The notes beneath the pieces were generated by a model that was given only the letters and a program-made list of their open reading frames with translations, ran no database searches and was not told the DNA's origin. Below, piece by piece: positions 8,622 through 20,500 of a DNA stretch of 64,000 nt; position 1 is the first letter of the stretch, and every line of letters begins with the position of its first letter. This DNA is from Dehalococcoidia bacterium (GTDB lineage: Bacteria > Chloroflexota > Dehalococcoidia > Lucifugimonadales > UBA3495): assembly GCA_965237775.1 (NCBI GenBank), contig OZ250155.1, forward strand, positions 2,718,682-2,782,681, read 5' to 3'. A program made the translations under genes and the position numbers.

Positions 8622-11491
8622 TGGGCTCGTGGACGCCAATGTGGGTCGTGGCCCGCAAGGAGTTGCGGGCCTATTTCGGGTCGCCGTTGGCCATGATCTT
8701 CGTCGGCGTATTTCTCGTCCTCAGCTTCTTCCTGTTCTTCTGGGTAGACACATTCTTCGCCCGAAACATCGCCGACATCCGACCTCTGTTTCGATGGATG
8801 CCCATCGTGATGGTCTTCCTGGTGGCAACCCTCACCATGCGCCAATGGAGCGAGGAACAGCGGGCCGGCACTCTGGAAGTGCTCCTCACCCTCCCAATCC
8901 CCCGGCTTCAACTGGTGCTCGGCAAGCTAATCGCCGTGATGGGTCTCATAGGGTTAGCCCTTGCCTTAACCCTATTCCTGCCAATCTCCGTCAGCATACT
9001 CGGCGACCTGGACTGGGGACCGGTGGCGGGAGGATACCTGGCAACGGTCTTGATGGCCGCGGCCTACACCGCCATCGGCCTCTTCGTTTCCTCGAGGACT
9101 CAAAACCAGATCGTGGCCCTGATCGTCACAGTCCTCATCTGCGCGGTCTTCTATCTCATGGGTTCCCAGGAAGTGACCGTGTTCGCCGGCGAACGGCTGG
9201 AGACCCTTCTGAGGGCAGTGGGTACCGGCAGCCGGTTCGAGAGCATTGAACGGGGGGTCATCGACCTCCGCGACCTGGTCTATTACCTATCCCTCACCGC
9301 GGTCTTTGTGTTGTTCAATCTGGTGTCGGTTGACATGAAACGCTGGAGCAACGGGGCTAACACGGCGATTTACCGGCGCAACGCCACGATTGCGGCCATC
9401 CTGATTACGGCCAACCTCGCGCTCTTGAACGCCTGGCTGTATCCCCTGTCGAGCCTGCGTCTGGACCTCACTACCCAGGGACAATTCAGCCTCTCCAGCC
9501 CTACCAAGGACCTGGTGAGCAACCTGGGAGAACCCCTTCTACTCCGAGGCTACATCAGCGACCAGACCCACCCCGCGCTGGCGCCCATTGTCCCTGCCAT
9601 CAGGGACATGATGCGCGAATATGAGATCGCGTCGGACGGTAGAATTACCGCCGAGGTCGTGGACCCGCGACAAGAAGAGGGACTGGAACAGGAAGCGAAC
9701 CAAGTCTATGGCATCCGCCCTCAGCCTTTCCGGATTGCGGAACGCTACCAGACTTCTGTAGTCAACTCCTACTTCGACATTCTGGTGCGTTACGGTGACC
9801 AGTTCGTGACTCTGAATTTCCAGGACCTGATAGAGGTCGAACCGCGAAGGGGCAGGTCTCCCGACGTACGGCTCCGCAACCTGGAGTTCGACCTGACCAG
9901 GGCGATAAAGCGCGTCGTTACAGGGTTCCAAAACCTCGACCTCGCTTATGCGGCTTTGGAAGAACCCTTGAGACTTACCGCCTTCGTCACGCCCGACGCA
10001 CTGCCTGAATCAATGCAAGGCGTCGAAGACCGAATCACCACCGTAGGCCGCGAATTACAGGAGTCCGCGGGGGGCAAGGTCCTGTTCGAATTGGTCGACC
10101 CAGACAGCCCAGATAGCCCGGTCACTCGCCAAGTCCTCCAGGAAAGCTACGGGATATCGGCCTATCCGGTCTCCTTCTTTTCCCCTGACTCATACTACCT
10201 GCACATGGCGCTCGAGGCGGAAGGCGAGACGACCATCATCTACCCAGAGGGGGAGATGCGAGAGGACCAAATCCGGGCAAGCGTGGAAGCGTCCATCCGG
10301 CGCGCCGTCCCCGGGTTCCTCAAGACCGTCGGCATCTGGACTCCACCGCAAGAACAGCCACCAGCGCAAGGAGGAATTCCAACCACCATCTCTTCCTGGA
10401 ACATCGCCGCGGACCAGATCTCCCAGGACTACACCTTGTCTCCGGTGGACTTGACCGATGGCAGAGTGCCCACCGAAATCGACGTCCTGGCAGTGATCGC
10501 CCCCCAGAGAATGACGGATGTGGAGCGATTCGCAATTGACCAGTACCTGATGGGAGGGGGCGCGGTCGTCATCGCAGCGGGTAGTTACCAGCTATCCCCA
10601 CTGTTGATCGCGGGTATCCTGGCCGTGGACCCACTGGAAGGCGGGCTGGACGAGATGCTGGCTAGCTACGGGATCACCGTTGGCCAAGGCCTGGTGTTGG
10701 ACCCGCAAAACCAACCCTTCCCCATCAGGACCCAGCGAAGGATCGGCGGGATAAGAGTGTCAGAAATCCAGAACATGGACTACCCGTTCTTCGTGGATGT
10801 CCGGCGGGACGGCATGGCCAAGGAGAGCCCGGTCACGGCCGACCTGCCCGCGATCACTATGCAGTGGGCCACGGCGTTGGATCTCGACCAGGAAAAGAAC
10901 ATAGACCGGGACGTCACGCCATTGCTATGGTCCACGGAAGAATCCTGGGTCTCCAGCTCGCAGTCGGTCCAACCAGATCCCACGGTTTTCCCGGAGTACG
11001 GATTCCCTGTAGAAGGGGCCCAGGCGTCGCGGACTTTGGCCGTTAGTATCCGGGGCCCATTCGAGAGCTATTTCAAGGGAAAGCCTGCTCCCCTCCAAGC
11101 CGGGGAGCAGGCCGGGCAGCAAGAAGCTCGCCGGGCAATCGAGTCATCCCCGGAAACGTCCCGTCTGGTGGTTATGTCAAGTTCGGAATTCCTAAGTGAC
11201 GCCGTATTGGAGATTTCAAGAGCCGTGTCCACCGACCGGAGCCTGCTGAACTTGCAGTTTTTCAAGAATGCCGTGGACTGGTCCGCTGAGGATGAAGACC
11301 TGCTGGGGCTTCGCTTCCGAGGAGCCCAATCACGCCTGCTCCAACCCCTAGATGAACGGGAACAGACCCTCTGGGAGTTGGCCAACTACGGAGTGGCATT
11401 GTTCGCTCTGCTGATCATAGGCGGCGTGTGGGCCATCCGGCAACGCAGCGAGGTCCCAATGACCCTGACCATAGACGGTGAACAACCGTGA
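8618..11491 (+). CDS. Fused ABC-2 permease (GldF-like) and GldG-like auxiliary domain protein
   Basis: 957 aa. The N-terminal ~240 aa are multi-pass hydrophobic (ABC-2 permease-like). A large soluble region and a C-terminal TM helix (LANYGVALFALLIIGGVWAI) follow. The start overlaps the ATPase stop (GTGATG). Confidence 0.75.
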   Translation: MMGSWTPMWVVARKELRAYFGSPLAMIFVGVFLVLSFFLFFWVDTFFARNIADIRPLFRWMPIVMVFLVATLTMRQWSEEQRAGTLEVLLTLPIPRLQLVLGKLIAVMGLIGLALALTLFLPISVSILGDLDWGPVAGGYLATVLMAAAYTAIGLFVSSRTQNQIVALIVTVLICAVFYLMGSQEVTVFAGERLETLLRAVGTGSRFESIERGVIDLRDLVYYLSLTAVFVLFNLVSVDMKRWSNGANTAIYRRNATIAAILITANLALLNAWLYPLSSLRLDLTTQGQFSLSSPTKDLVSNLGEPLLLRGYISDQTHPALAPIVPAIRDMMREYEIASDGRITAEVVDPRQEEGLEQEANQVYGIRPQPFRIAERYQTSVVNSYFDILVRYGDQFVTLNFQDLIEVEPRRGRSPDVRLRNLEFDLTRAIKRVVTGFQNLDLAYAALEEPLRLTAFVTPDALPESMQGVEDRITTVGRELQESAGGKVLFELVDPDSPDSPVTRQVLQESYGISAYPVSFFSPDSYYLHMALEAEGETTIIYPEGEMREDQIRASVEASIRRAVPGFLKTVGIWTPPQEQPPAQGGIPTTISSWNIAADQISQDYTLSPVDLTDGRVPTEIDVLAVIAPQRMTDVERFAIDQYLMGGGAVVIAAGSYQLSPLLIAGILAVDPLEGGLDEMLASYGITVGQGLVLDPQNQPFPIRTQRRIGGIRVSEIQNMDYPFFVDVRRDGMAKESPVTADLPAITMQWATALDLDQEKNIDRDVTPLLWSTEESWVSSSQSVQPDPTVFPEYGFPVEGAQASRTLAVSIRGPFESYFKGKPAPLQAGEQAGQQEARRAIESSPETSRLVVMSSSEFLSDAVLEISRAVSTDRSLLNLQFFKNAVDWSAEDEDLLGLRFRGAQSRLLQPLDEREQTLWELANYGVALFALLIIGGVWAIRQRSEVPMTLTIDGEQP

Positions 11492-12459
11492 ACTTGCGGA
11501 ACAAAGTGCTCGCCGGCGTTTTGGCTCTCCAGGCCGTGGTCCTAATTGGCGTGTTTTGGCCCAGGTCAGCCGGTCCAGGAATCGAACAACTCATAGAGGG
11601 TCTGGAAGAGCCTGATGTTGTCGCCGTTACCATTACCGACGGGGAAGGCAAGTCCATACACATTGCCCGCAGCCCCTTTGGCTGCGTCCTGCCCGACGCT
11701 GCGGACTATCCCTGCGCCAAGGACAGGTTGCCGGATTTTCTCCGCCGCATAGTGCCGCTGACCACGGCGTCGTTGGTGACGGATACGCCGGCGAGCCATT
11801 CACGCCTTAACGTGGCCGAGGATAACTTCGAGCGTATCATCGAGCTGGAGCTGGCGGACGAGACCAAGCGCAAGTTCTACCTGGGTACGTCTCCTCGCGG
11901 CCGCTCGGGACACGCGCGCATAGATGGCCGGGACCAGGTGTACTTGGCGCCGGGTCTTTCAGCCTTCGACGCTCCCGTGCGCGAGGACGCCTGGGTGGAC
12001 CCCGTCTATTTCTCCGTGCCCCAGGAGCGGGTCAAATCAGTCACCATCGAAAACACGGCAGGCGCAATCACCGTTGAACGGGAAGAGTCTGGAGACTGGG
12101 CGCTCTCAGACCATGAATCGGAGCGGCCTATCGACCAGTCCAAAGCGGGGAGCATGGTTAGGAGCGCCACTTCCATCCGGCTTGTGCGTCCCCTGGGCAA
12201 GGAGGAAATGGAGTCATACGGCCTCCAAAACCCCACCGTGGTCTTTACAGTGAGTGTTGGCGGCGGGGACTCGGACTCCACCGAGCAAACGGTCCGAATC
12301 GGCGGCAAGCTGAACGGGGATGGGGGCTACGTTGCCAAGTCTTCGGAGTCTCCCTACTATGTGATCGTGGATGAAGCCGCGGTCCAGGCGTTGGTAGACG
12401 TCGGACCAGAGGAACTATTGGAGGCTCCAGTGGAGCCGACCCCCGACGGCTCCAACTAA
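11488..12459 (+). CDS. DUF4340-like protein, usual partner of GldG-type ABC systems
   Basis: 323 aa with an N-terminal signal anchor (VLAGVLALQAVVLIGVFW). The start overlaps the upstream stop, and the position after a GldG-like gene is typical. Confidence 0.55.
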   Translation: MNLRNKVLAGVLALQAVVLIGVFWPRSAGPGIEQLIEGLEEPDVVAVTITDGEGKSIHIARSPFGCVLPDAADYPCAKDRLPDFLRRIVPLTTASLVTDTPASHSRLNVAEDNFERIIELELADETKRKFYLGTSPRGRSGHARIDGRDQVYLAPGLSAFDAPVREDAWVDPVYFSVPQERVKSVTIENTAGAITVEREESGDWALSDHESERPIDQSKAGSMVRSATSIRLVRPLGKEEMESYGLQNPTVVFTVSVGGGDSDSTEQTVRIGGKLNGDGGYVAKSSESPYYVIVDEAAVQALVDVGPEELLEAPVEPTPDGSN

Positions 12460-12550
12460 ACGCACGGCCGCCACACAGGGAGCCCGAACATCCACCTTTA
12501 GCCCACCGCGCCGGGGTGACCCCCGCATCCCATTCCACCGAGGTGAGCCC

Positions 12551-12769
12551 ATGAAGCCCAATTCCGAGAATAAGCTTGAACAAGACCTGCTCTTTGCTAT
12601 GGTGAAGGAAAAATACGGACACCTGCTGACGGAAGAGCAGTTGGAAGGCGTGAGAGCCGCCGTGTCCGGTCTCCGGGACGTGTTCCACCCGTTACGGGCC
12701 ATCCGCCTGACCAACGATGTCGAGCCCTTTACGAATTTCAAGCCCTTCAGAGGGGACCAGAATGACTGA
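12551..12769 (+). CDS. GatC/AtzG-like small subunit (DUF4089-like) coupled to the amidase
   Basis: 72 aa with the pattern LTEEQLEGV...L...L..LRAIRLTNDVEPFTNFKP, resembling the GatC helix plus the DVEP segment. Its stop overlaps the amidase ATG (ATGACTGA). Confidence 0.5.
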   Translation: MKPNSENKLEQDLLFAMVKEKYGHLLTEEQLEGVRAAVSGLRDVFHPLRAIRLTNDVEPFTNFKPFRGDQND

Positions 12770-14177
12770 CGAGCTAATATACTCCACGGTCCGGCAACTG
12801 GCCGGGTTGCTTAGGGACCGGGCCGTCTCTCCGGTGGAACTCACCCAATTGTGCCTGGAACGCCTCGAACGGCTGGGACCGCTTTACAACTCGGTTGTGA
12901 CCGTAACCAGCGAACGCGCCCTGGCGCTGGCAAGGACCGCTGAACTGGAGATTTCGCAAGGACGCCATCTTGGACTGCTTCATGGTGTTCCCTGGGGGGC
13001 GAAAGACCTGCTGGCCACCTCGGGCGGGATTCCCACCACCTGGGGAGCCGCACCGTTCAAAGACCAGCAATTCGATCGCGACGCCACGGTCGTCAGCAAG
13101 CTTGAGAATTCCGGCGCCCCGTTGGCCGCAAAGTTGGCGATGATCGAATTGGCCGGCGGAATGGGCTACACCCATCCGAACGCATCGCTGACCGGTCCAC
13201 CGAAGAACCCCTGGGACACTGGGCGATGGACCGGTGGCTCTTCAAGTGGGTCGGGCGCATCGGTGGCCGCCGGCCTGGTGCCCTTTGCCATCGGATCGGA
13301 AACCTGGGGCTCCATCCTCTCGCCTTCGAACAATTGCGGCCTCTCCGGCATCCGGCCCACCTACGGCCGCGTCAGCCGGCATGGGGCGATGGCCCTCTGT
13401 TGGACGCTCGACAAACTAGGCCCGATCTGTCTCACCGCCGACGATTGTGGGATCGTGCTTGAAGCCATTTCAGGGCCAGACCCGCAGGACCCTTCGACCC
13501 ATTCGGAGGAATTCATTTATGACCCTCAATTCCAAACTGGCCGCCGGTACAAGATTGGAGTATTGAAGGGAGTCCTCGAAGACGCTCAAGATGCCGTCAA
13601 ACAGAACTTTGAGGCGGCGATGACCATCCTGGAAGATGTTGCCGACTTCGAGGAAATGGAGTTTCCGGAATTTCCGTATACAGAGGTCACCTCCACGATC
13701 CTGATGGTAGAGTCGGCGAGCGCCTTCGAGGACTTCATCGCGGAGGGCGGGCCGCAGAACCTATCCGCTCCCGGCTATCACGGCAGGGGTCCCTACGCGA
13801 GGCCAGCCGTCCTGGCTACCGACTATGTCAAGGCCCTCAGGCTCCGGGGAGTAATGGCGCGTCAGGTGGACGGGGTGATGTCTGGGTACGACGCGTTAGC
13901 CGCGCCGACGTCTATGAATACCGCGACCCCGATCGACGAGGAATTCAGGAGCCGGTCCATGACTTCCTCCGGGCCGGGCGACCTGATGGGAGCGGTGGGA
14001 AACGGTTGCGGACTGCCCTCTATCTCTGTGCCCAGCGGGTTTGACGCCGATGGCCTGCCCACTGGAATACAGTTTATGTCAAGAGCCTACGACGAAAACG
14101 TGTGCATCGCCATCGCCCGCGAGTTCCAGGCCCGCACCGATTGGCACACCAGACATCCCGAGGAACCGCCCCAATAA
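12762..14177 (+). CDS. Amidase-signature family enzyme (GatA/AtzE-like)
   Basis: GGSSSGSGASVAAG amidase signature with conserved GAKDL and SETWGSI segments. Start chosen at MTDELIYS (12762), which overlaps the upstream small ORF; the track start is 12717. Confidence 0.9.
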   Translation: MTDELIYSTVRQLAGLLRDRAVSPVELTQLCLERLERLGPLYNSVVTVTSERALALARTAELEISQGRHLGLLHGVPWGAKDLLATSGGIPTTWGAAPFKDQQFDRDATVVSKLENSGAPLAAKLAMIELAGGMGYTHPNASLTGPPKNPWDTGRWTGGSSSGSGASVAAGLVPFAIGSETWGSILSPSNNCGLSGIRPTYGRVSRHGAMALCWTLDKLGPICLTADDCGIVLEAISGPDPQDPSTHSEEFIYDPQFQTGRRYKIGVLKGVLEDAQDAVKQNFEAAMTILEDVADFEEMEFPEFPYTEVTSTILMVESASAFEDFIAEGGPQNLSAPGYHGRGPYARPAVLATDYVKALRLRGVMARQVDGVMSGYDALAAPTSMNTATPIDEEFRSRSMTSSGPGDLMGAVGNGCGLPSISVPSGFDADGLPTGIQFMSRAYDENVCIAIAREFQARTDWHTRHPEEPPQ

Positions 14178-14598
14178 CGCTGGTCCGATATCTGACCTGT
14201 GAAACCGGGTCCTACGGGCTCGGACCAGGGAAGAGCCAACGAGAGAACCCGAGTTCTGCCGCGCCGCATGGCGTCGGAAGCACGTCCTGCCGGACATGGC
14301 TAACTCCACCCGCCTGTTGCCCCGTTCCTGACTTCACATTCAAGCATTCATGCATTCATCGTTCCCTTCCGGTCTCGAAGTTGCTGGACCGGGAACCCGT
14401 TACCGGTGGCACTGCCAGACCGAAAGCGAGTCCTGGACTCCGTCCGGGTCCATCTGCCTGCCAGGTTAGGCCAACTGGATGCGGAGGTCGTGCCGCCGGG
14501 TTGGATTTAGGGCCCGGTTCTCTGGTGACGAGAAGGGTGAAAACCGAGACCAATTTATTGGTTCGCGTGCAAAGATTCTGGAATGGTATCATTTGCGA

Positions 14599-17500
14599 AT
14601 GGTGGGCCTACTAAAACGCTCTGCGCCACGCTTGGGCTTGCTGTTGGCGCTCGCGCTCGCCCTTGGAGGGCTTTTTTTCCTCTTTGATCTGTTTCGGGGA
14701 TTGATCTCCTCCGGTCCATCGGACATTTTGGCTGTGAACAACTCGGTCGGCGAAACCAGCCATATTCCAAGCGGCGCCGGTCTCGTAGCCGTTCTGGCTC
14801 CAGCTATGTGCTTCGTGCTGAGCGGCGTGACCGCCTTACTCATGTGGCGATGGCTGACCAGCCGGGAAAATAAGAGGCTGTGGATCATCGTGCTGGGTGG
14901 ATTACCCGCTTTCACGCTGCTTGGTCTGGGGGTTTATCTTGCCGTCTTCGGGCCTACGATCGGCGGCCTCTTCTATGGAGAGGTCCCTTACGACCAGCAC
15001 CCTGTGGAAGTTGCGGGAGTCAAGCCGCTTGGGTTGGCCTTATTGGCTGCATTCCTCCTTTCTGTGGTGTTCGTCGCGATCACCCGGCCCCTCCTCCTCC
15101 CCATCCCCCTGGTGTTGTGGCTGGTGGCAGCGTTGTTCACTGGCATGTTTCAGTCCAACGCCATCTATGGATTGGACCTCTTTACGCACCCAAGCAGATT
15201 GGAGCCAACGGCAGCCTACGCCAACGCCGTGGAACGTTACCGTCCTGTGGAGATCAAGCAGCCAACCATCGAGACCCGCGTCATCGAGACTCCCGCCATA
15301 GCAGCGGCAGCCTACGCCTACGCCGTGGAACGCTACCGGCGGGTGGAGAATCAGCAGCCAGCCATCGAGCAGACCGTGGAGGCAACCAAGCTAATTCCGG
15401 GACCTCCAGACCCTGTGGAAACAGCCCTCGGTACGGCCGGCATTGATGGGCTCCCCGCCCTTGAGAAGTTGCAGTTCCTGGTTGACGCGCTCTGGGACGT
15501 CAACAAAGACGTCAGACAAGAGGCAGTAGCAACCCTGGAAGCGCTGGACGCGGACGTGATACCGCTGGAGACCGGGGGGTTTATTGTATCGTCCGACGAA
15601 TTCGACTTCTGGGCCCCTGGCGCCACCGCGTTCCGGTCGCCAAAGCCAGACGCCATCAAGGTGTTCGAGGTCACCGGCGCGGACCACACTGGGTATCTAC
15701 GCACCGGAGTTGGCGATTCCTATGCCGATGGCCGGTGGCGACAGATTGACTCCCGAAGCATACCTTACGAGGCCGGGACACAACCTCGTGGCCTGGTGAT
15801 CGAGTGGTTGCTGGGCATCTCCGAGCCCGGCGTATCCCTCAGCGGACTAACTATTGCTCCTAACTATTGGAGCCCATTGTTGGCGTGGCCGGCCAGGGAT
15901 GGAATCGGCCGGTTGAGGCAAGACGATGTAACCGTGTCATCCATCGGTCCCGGTAAAACCATCCCCGCCGGCGTGTTGCCCGTATCGCTGGGGGTGCAAC
16001 AGGCCAATTTCGACGGTGGTTACCTGCCGTGGAACGCCACCTTCGAGTCAGAGTCAGCGCTCACCGGATACCAGTGGACTTCCCGGGTCCCACAGTTTTC
16101 CGATGAGGAGCTTCAACGGGCTGCTCTCGCTCCTGGTACGTCATATTTGGGGCTGCCTCCCGGTCTCCCAAACCGTATCACCCAACTTGCGTTGGAGATC
16201 ACCAGCGTAGAAGAGAGTTCATACCTTAAGGCCAAAGCCATCGAAGAATACCTCAGAAACAACTACACGTATGCCTTCGCCGAGCCGAACGACGGGGGCT
16301 CACCACCCGGACAGGACCCGGTGGACTGGTTCCTATTCGACGAGCGGATAGGCACTTGCGGCCAATTCAGCAGCGCATTCGTAGTCCTAGCCCGGTCGGT
16401 TGGTATACCGGCGCGAGTGGTGTCCGGCTGGGTCGTTGGCGAAGTGGGAGCGACCCAGACCGTGTATTCAGACCAGGCCCACCAGTGGGCGGAGGTGCTC
16501 TTCGAGGACCGGGGCTGGGTGATATTCGAACCCTCCGCGGATGGGGCCGCTCCATTCCGGGCCCCGGTTTTGAGCGTCTGGGAGGACGAGTTCCAACGGT
16601 TAGTAGAGGTCCTTCTCTCCGGTGACGAAGAGGAAGACCGGGCTGAAGCGGCCTTCAGACTGCTTGAAATAGCCTCCATCCTGGACTTGCCTACGGGTCG
16701 GGTGTTGGAGCCGTTGGTAGAGGCGCTTATTGCGGACGATTCGGAGATGGTCCAAGCAGCGGCAGTTGACGCCCTCGGACTATTGGGAGACGCGAGGGCT
16801 ATTGGCCCGTTGATCGACCGGCTGGCCAATGATGAACAACCCACGGTCCGTGAAGCAGTGGCGAACTCCCTGGCCAACTTTGAAGGACGAGAAGTGCTGG
16901 AGGCGTTGGTTGAAGCGCTTGCCGATGAAGATGAGCGGGTGCGGAGCGCTGTGGCCCAAGCGCTCGGTGACCTCGGCGACCCGGCGGCCTCCCTTCCGCT
17001 TCTGCATGCGCTCTCCGATGATTATCCAAGGGTCAGAGAGAGCGCCGCCGCAGGGCTAAGGAAGCTCGGGACAGATGTCACGGGATTGGAGAACGGCAAG
17101 TTTGTCATATCCCCGGAGAGCCGCCCGATTACGGTCTTCGGCGGCGGCGCATCCACGAGCCAAGCTTCTAAAGGGGAACGGTTCTCCGTCTTCAAAGTGG
17201 GTGGCGCATTACACACCGGTTACCTAAGAGACGGCGTTGGCGACCTGTACGAAGATGGCCGGTGGGTCCAGGTAGACCTCTTGGATTTACCGTACGATGC
17301 CAACGAAAGCATCGCTGATCTGGGTGTGTCCAGCGAACGGTTAAGGGGCCATTCGCGGGGCCAGTTCAATCCCCCGAGGTGGGTCCCGGAACGAATAAGG
17401 CCAGCCGAGGACTACGAAGACGAAATCACTGTCTCCCCGGTATACACCGGGCCTTCGGATTTGGGAATTCCGGAAGGCGTGATTCCGACCTCGCAGCAAC

Positions 17501-20500
17501 TGGAAAGAGTTGCCGTTCCCGGAGTGTACCGCCCCTATAGCTCTACCTTCGTTGCCGATGACCCGGCGCCGGGACTTACTTGGATCTCGCGGATACCCAT
17601 CTTTTCAGAGGCTCAACTAACCCAGGCCAAACCAGCGGAAGCAAGCGGTTACTTGCAACTGCCTGACGATCTGCCGCCCCGAATTCGGGAGTTAGCGCTG
17701 GAATTCAAGAGAGACTACGACAACCCGTACCTGCGTGCTAGAGCCATCGAAAACTACTTGAAGACAGACTACTCCTACGCCTACTCCCAACCGGGCGGCC
17801 CGAGACTTCCGGCCGGGCAAGACCCGGTAGACTGGTTTCTGTTCGAGAGCAAGGAAGGCACATGCGGCCAATTCAGCAGCGCCTTCGTGTTACTTGCCCG
17901 GTCGGCTGGGATACCGGCAAGGGTCGTGACCGGATGGGCAATCGGAGACGTGGAGGCTTCCCAAGCAGTGTACTCCGACCAGGCCCACCAATGGGCGGAA
18001 GTCCCTTTCCAGAACCTCGGCTGGGTCACTTTCGAACCCACCGCCTCGGGAAGCGCCCGGTCTCGTGCGCCGGAACACCAGGTCTGGAAGGATGAACTTA
18101 ACCGGCTCGCCGGACTCTTGGCGGATTCTCCAGAGGCCAACGTGCGGGCCGAAGCCGCCGGGGAGTTGGCCAGGCTATCGGAGAAAGCAGACCTATACAC
18201 CTCGAAGTTAACCGAGCCATTGGTGTCGTCGATGCGTGATGACTCCTCTGCGCTGGTGCGGGCAGCCGCCGCCGATGCGCTGGGGGAGATTGGGGACCGG
18301 GATTCAATCCCGGCGTTACACGACGCCATAACCGATGAGGAAAGCGGAGTCCGGGAAGCGGTTGGTGAAGCCTTGGAACTCTTCGGGGCCACCAGTATCC
18401 CGCTGGAAAGCGGGGCCAGTGTCTTGTTGCTCAGTGACGCTAAGTTGAGGTTTAACTCCGGGACATCCACCGGCCAGGCCACTAAACCGCCGCACATACC
18501 GGTAATGCAAGTAACAGGAGCTTGGCGCACCAAGTACCTCCGGACCGGTGTTGGAGACGTTTACGAAAATGGCTCATGGAGCTCTTTGGATCCCGTGGTA
18601 CTGCCGTACAGGCAGGATGCGGACATAAACTTACTAGAGCAGTCCCTCGCGGGATCGTCTGGTGTCCGACACCGACCGCCTCGGCCCAGCTCGAAGTTCG
18701 TCGACAAGGGACAATTTCTTGAACCAAGAATCTCCGTCTCTCCGGCGGGACCGGCTCCTTTTTTCCAACCAGGCTCCTTGCCTATTTCTCTGTTTCCACA
18801 CAGTGTCGGGGTCAACGGGGATTATAGGCCGTTCAGCTCCACATTCAGCAGCCAGGAAATCCAGGTCTCCTACTCGTGGGTTTCCCGCGTACCGATTCTC
18901 AAAGAGGGTCATCTCGTCCAGGCGAAGCCCTTCTATTTTCCAGGCTCCACGAACCTTCCAGATAGTTTACCTGATCGCATTCATCAATTGAGCGTTGAAA
19001 TCACAAGAAGACACGAGGGGCCATACCAGAAGGCCAAGGCCATCGAGACCTTCCTGAAAACTCACTACACCTATGCCTTCGCCAACTCGAATGAAGACCG
19101 GGTCACCGAGGGACGCGACCCCGTAGACTGGTTCCTATTCGACCATCGAAAGGGTACTTGCGGCCAGTTCAGCAGCGCTTTCGTCATACTCGCCCGGTCC
19201 GTGGGCATACCTGCCCGCGTGGCCTCCGGATGGGCCATAGATGATGACCGGGGCACCCAAACGGTATACACCGACCAGGCCCATCAATGGGCGGAAGTGG
19301 CCCTGGACGGTCTTGGTTGGGTAACCTTTGAACCGACCGCGTCTGGAGGTGCGCCTGCCCGGACGCCCGGCTCCGGGGAAGCGCAGGGGAATCGACCAGA
19401 CCCGTCCACCGGCGAAACCCAGCCACCGAACGGAAACGCGAACGGACAATTCGGCGGGGCGGAGACTGAGTCCTTGTTAGACGCCATGGCGGCCCACGAT
19501 CCCGACGCCGCAGCGTTGGCGAAAGCTTCCCTGGGCGGTCTGGGAGGAGAAGACTCGGGAGTTCTGGAGTTGGCGGCAAAGCTCCTTTCCAGCGACATTG
19601 AAAGCGTCAGGAACACCGCCGAGGAAGCGTTGGACAGCCTGGGGGCCAAGGTTACTCCGTTAGAGACCGGCGGTTCGGTGATCTCGATGGAAGGCCAGAG
19701 CTATGGGTCGCCGGGCACTTCAACCGGTCAAGCGGCTGAGCCTGACCCTGTCCCCGTATTTCAAGTGACCGGCGCGGCGAACACCAGCTACCTTCGCACG
19801 TCTACGGGTGAGTTCTACGCCAATGGCCGATGGACCCAGTTGGACCCATTCGAGCTGGCATATGGGGGATTGAAAGATGTCCGCCGCCTGGTCCATGAGG
19901 GTCTATCCACCTGGTCGAAGGACATCAACGCGTCCCCTGTGCGCCCTGAGACCGCCCTTCTTGCGTGGCCCAACGAAGTCCCCGCGGGGAAGTATCACCA
20001 GAGCGATCTTACCGTGTCGTCCCACCCTCAGGCGGGAGATTTCCCTCCCGGTGTGTTGCCCATCTCATACCACCTGGACCGAGCCGAACCGGATGGCTCT
20101 TACAGGCCGTTTAGCGCGACTTTCCGAGGGATCTCCCCGCAATCGGAGTATTCTTGGAGGTCGCGGGTCCCCCTCTTTTCGCAAGACCAACTCGCCCGGG
20201 CCAAGACCATCGACGACCCCGCCTACATGCAGTTACCTGATAACTTGCCTAGATTCATTCGCGGCCTGGCCGAGGAGATTACCTGGGGACTACCGGGTCC
20301 CTATGCTAAAGCCAAGGCAATCGAAACATATCTCAGTACTAATTACACCTACGCCTTTGCCTCCCCGGGCGACCGGCCAGCGCCGCCGGGGCGTGACCCG
20401 GTTGACTGGTTCCTGAACGAAACCGGGAAGGGAACATGCGGTCAGTTCAGTAGCGCTTTCGTGTTGATGGCCCGGTCGGTGGGAATTCCGGCGCGGGTGG

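Noticed and set aside
14102-14614. 170-aa ORF filling the 420-nt spacer between the amidase and the giant gene, and the 40-codon N-terminal extension of the giant ORF from 14479.
   Set aside because: The translation is low-complexity and Pro/Arg/Cys-rich with no motif. The giant protein acquires a normal charged-then-hydrophobic N-terminus only from the ATG at 14599. The spacer is more likely regulatory.
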